A DNA stretch of 17,722 bases from Armatimonadota bacterium (GTDB lineage Bacteria > Sysuimicrobiota > Sysuimicrobiia > Sysuimicrobiales > Humicultoraceae). Made by a program: the position numbers and the translations under genes. This document shows, piece by piece, positions 15,568 through 17,722 of this stretch. Numbering within the stretch: position 1 is the first letter of the stretch; each line of letters opens with the position of its first letter. A model generated the notes under the pieces. The model was given only the letters and a program-made list of their open reading frames with translations, was not told where the DNA came from and made no database searches. Location of the stretch: the NCBI GenBank assembly GCA_052386995.1, contig JBQTJP010000044.1, positions 1 through 17,722 of the forward strand, in the 5' to 3' direction.

Positions 15568-16841
15568 GCGTGAAGCGGATCCTGTACGTTGTCCTCGACG
15601 GCCTTGGCGACCGCCCGGTCGCCTCCCTCGGCGGACGCACGCCGCTGGAGGCCGCCGCCACCCCTCACCTCGATCGCCTGGCGCTGGCCGGGCAACAGGG
15701 CCTGGTCACGACAGTTGGAGAAGGAATTGCGCCCGAGTCGGATGTCGCGGTCATGGCCATTTTGGGCTACGACCCGACGACCTATCATGCCGGGCGAGGG
15801 CCCCTGGAAGCCATCGGCGCCGGCCTGGCCTTCCGGTCGGGCGATCTCGCTCTGCGCGGCAATTTCGCCACGGGCGGCGAAGGCTCCGTGATCCGTGACC
15901 GCCGCGTGGGGCGCAACCTCACCACGGAAGAGGGTCGCGAGCTCGCACACGCCGTGACCCGCGAGATCCGCCTCGAGAGCCCGGCCACGGTGGTCGTCGC
16001 GGGCACGGTGGGCTATCGCGCCGCGGTGGTCTTTCATCCCGTGCGTGGGCGGCTGAGCGCGCAGATCTCGAACACCGACCCCGCGTACGCCCGCGTCGGC
16101 GGAATGGGCGTGGCCCTTGCGACTTTCAAGGACGAGGTGCAGGAGTGCATTCCGCTGGATGATTCCGCGGAGGCCAGAACGGCCGCGGCCGCGGTGAACG
16201 AGTTCACATGGAAGAGCCGCGCAATCCTGGACGCGCATCAGGTCAACGCGCGGCGCCGCGCCGAAGGGAAGCAACCGGCCAACCTGATCTTGCTGCGTGA
16301 CGCCGGCGATCATCTGCCCAAGATCCCGCCCATGCGCGAGCGATTTGGGGTGACCCTGGCATGTTTCGTCGAGATGCCGGTTGAGCGTGGCATCGCCCAA
16401 TACCTGGGAATGAGCGTTGTCGACGTGCCGCACAGCCCGGCGGCCGTCCGCGCCGACGTCTACCGGGCCTGGGCGCAGAGGGCGGTCGAGGTCCTGCCGC
16501 AATACGACGGGCTGTACCTGCATCTGAAAGGGCCGGACGAGGCCGGGCACGACGGCGATGCGGCCGGGAAGCGCCGCATCGTCGAGGACATCGACGCGCA
16601 CTTCTTCGGATCCCTTCTTCCAGCACTCGATCTGGCGGCCACGATCGTGACCGTCACCGCAGACCACGCGACCCCCTGCGAGCTGCGCGGTCACTCGGCC
16701 GACCCCGTGCCGCTGCTGCTCAGCGGCGGCGGCACGCCCCCCGACCGCGCCGGCCGGTTCACCGAGGCCTCCGCCGCGCGCGGGACGCTGGGTCGCCTGC
16801 GCGGCATCGACATCATGCCCCTCCTCGTCGCCCGCCGGTAG
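15564..16841 (+). CDS. apgM: Cofactor-independent phosphoglycerate mutase, ApgM (archaeal-type) family, alkaline phosphatase superfamily
   Basis: LDGLGD.P..LGG.TPLEAA.TP.LD, PESD (catalytic Ser), LGYDP, GRGPLEA, ALRGNF, DRR.GR, LHLKGPDEAGHDG and TADHATP....HS.DPVP. ATGA overlap with dapF. Confidence 0.88.
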   Translation: MSVKRILYVVLDGLGDRPVASLGGRTPLEAAATPHLDRLALAGQQGLVTTVGEGIAPESDVAVMAILGYDPTTYHAGRGPLEAIGAGLAFRSGDLALRGNFATGGEGSVIRDRRVGRNLTTEEGRELAHAVTREIRLESPATVVVAGTVGYRAAVVFHPVRGRLSAQISNTDPAYARVGGMGVALATFKDEVQECIPLDDSAEARTAAAAVNEFTWKSRAILDAHQVNARRRAEGKQPANLILLRDAGDHLPKIPPMRERFGVTLACFVEMPVERGIAQYLGMSVVDVPHSPAAVRADVYRAWAQRAVEVLPQYDGLYLHLKGPDEAGHDGDAAGKRRIVEDIDAHFFGSLLPALDLAATIVTVTADHATPCELRGHSADPVPLLLSGGGTPPDRAGRFTEASAARGTLGRLRGIDIMPLLVARR

Positions 16842-16850
16842 GCCCGGGTC

Positions 16851-17570
16851 GTGAGCGACGGCGGCCACTACGCGAAATGGGCCGCGTACTACGACGCGAT
16901 CTACGCGACCGTCGGCAAGGACTACGCGTCGGAAGCCCGCCGCATCCACGCCTTGATCCAGCAACACAAACGCACCGAGGGCAGCACCCTGCTCGACGTG
17001 GCCTGCGGCACCGGCGGGCACATCGCCCACCTGAAGCATCACTACGCGGTCGAGGGGCTCGACGCCGACACGGAGATGCTCGCCATCGCGCGTCGCAAGC
17101 ACCCCGATGTCGTCTTTCACCAGGGTGACATGGCGCAGTTCGACCTGCGCCGCAGATTCGATGCCGTCGTGTGCCTGTTCGGTTCGATCGCCTATACGCT
17201 GACCGTGCCCAGATTGCGTCAGGCGGTTGCGGCGATGCGCCGCCACCTCCATGCCGGGGGCGTCATCATCATCGAGCCCTTCATCGCACCGGAGGTGTTC
17301 CGGGACGGCCATATCAGTGCCGATTTCGTGGATCAGCCTGATCTCAAGCTTGCGCGGATGGGCTTCAGCAGGACGCACGGCGGGATTGGGACGCTGGAGT
17401 TCCAGTTTCTGGTGCTCACCCCCGCGGGCTTCGAGCAGTTCGGCGAGCGCCACGACATGGCCCTCTTCTCTCACGACGACTATATGGGGGCGTTTCGCGC
17501 TGCAGGCATGGAGGCGGTCCGCGATCCCGAGGGCTTAATGGGCCGGGGACTGTACATCGCGACCGGTTAG
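16851..17570 (+). CDS. Class I SAM-dependent methyltransferase, resembling TylM1/DesVI-type N-methyltransferases
   Basis: GTG start. Y...A.YYD.IY...GKDY..E, LLDVACGTG.H, EGLD...EML, QGDM..FDL..RFDAVVCLF.SI.Y, HL..GG..IIEP and a C-terminal GRGLY. Confidence 0.85.
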   Translation: MSDGGHYAKWAAYYDAIYATVGKDYASEARRIHALIQQHKRTEGSTLLDVACGTGGHIAHLKHHYAVEGLDADTEMLAIARRKHPDVVFHQGDMAQFDLRRRFDAVVCLFGSIAYTLTVPRLRQAVAAMRRHLHAGGVIIIEPFIAPEVFRDGHISADFVDQPDLKLARMGFSRTHGGIGTLEFQFLVLTPAGFEQFGERHDMALFSHDDYMGAFRAAGMEAVRDPEGLMGRGLYIATG

Positions 17571-17600
17571 GGCCACGCAATGTCGCCAGCATGTCCTGAC

Positions 17601-17630
17601 TTGACAGACGTTTCCCTTAGGCGAGATAAT
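17601..17630 (+). promoter_or_regulatory. Sigma70-type promoter of the next transcription unit
   Basis: TTGACA (17601-17606), an 18 bp spacer, then GATAAT (17625-17630). Confidence 0.72.
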
Positions 17631-17647
17631 CGCGTTGCCAGCAGATG

Positions 17648-17664
17648 TTGGACCATCGGACCAA
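17648..17664. promoter_or_regulatory. Putative repressor operator (GGACCA direct repeat inside TTGG...CCAA)
   Basis: TTGGACCATCGGACCAA lies between the -10 element and the RBS. It resembles TGGT/ACCA half-sites of FadR-subfamily GntR operators. Confidence 0.45.
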
Positions 17665-17674
17665 TTTGGAGCGG

Positions 17675-17722
17675 ATGGCTCAGCAAACCACTGCGCATAT
17701 CAGAGACTCGCTCGGCCCCGTG
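17675..17722 (+). CDS. Start of an unidentified CDS, truncated by the window edge (MAQQTTAHIRDSLGPV...)
   Basis: ATG 17675 with GGAG at 17668-17671, downstream of a promoter; the frame is open to the window end. Confidence 0.55.
   Translation, partial: MAQQTTAHIRDSLGPV

Noticed and set aside
15249..17474. 741 aa ORF on the minus strand
   Set aside because: Antisense shadow of dapF, apgM and the methyltransferase. It has no recognisable motifs, and long stop-free antisense frames are expected in high-GC coding DNA.
1..17722. CRISPR arrays, tRNA/rRNA, riboswitches, transposases, integrases, defence systems
   Set aside because: No spaced repeats or matching motifs were seen, and the intergenic gaps are at most about 126 bp and explained by promoters.

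Overview
High-GC bacterial window, almost fully coding, with no mobile element, RNA gene or CRISPR array visible. It has four blocks. (1) On the minus strand, a purine/allantoin-catabolism-like pair: a DUF1116 (YlbE/AllG-like) gene translationally coupled to a PucG-like class V aminotransferase that runs off the left edge. (2) A divergent, tightly coupled plus-strand operon of about 10.4 kb. It encodes a family-5 (Dpp/Opp-type) ABC importer with a fused permease-ATPase, then an acyl-CoA ligase, a Cys-less SCP-x-type thiolase-like protein, a DUF35 Zn-ribbon/OB-fold protein, an MFE-2-like SDR and a double-hotdog MaoC hydratase. No acyl-CoA dehydrogenase is present. (3) A separate operon behind a near-consensus sigma70 promoter overlapped by a perfect 10-3-10 palindrome. 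It encodes an extended YtrA-like GntR regulator, D-Ala-D-Ala ligase, a DapF homologue with both catalytic cysteines replaced by serine, an ApgM-type phosphoglycerate mutase and a TylM1/DesVI-like SAM methyltransferase. (4) A second sigma70 promoter with a possible operator and the first 16 codons of the next gene. The Ser/Ser DapF, its operon context, and the importer-linked CoA pathway of unknown substrate are the most notable. All family calls are from motif recognition by eye, not database searches.
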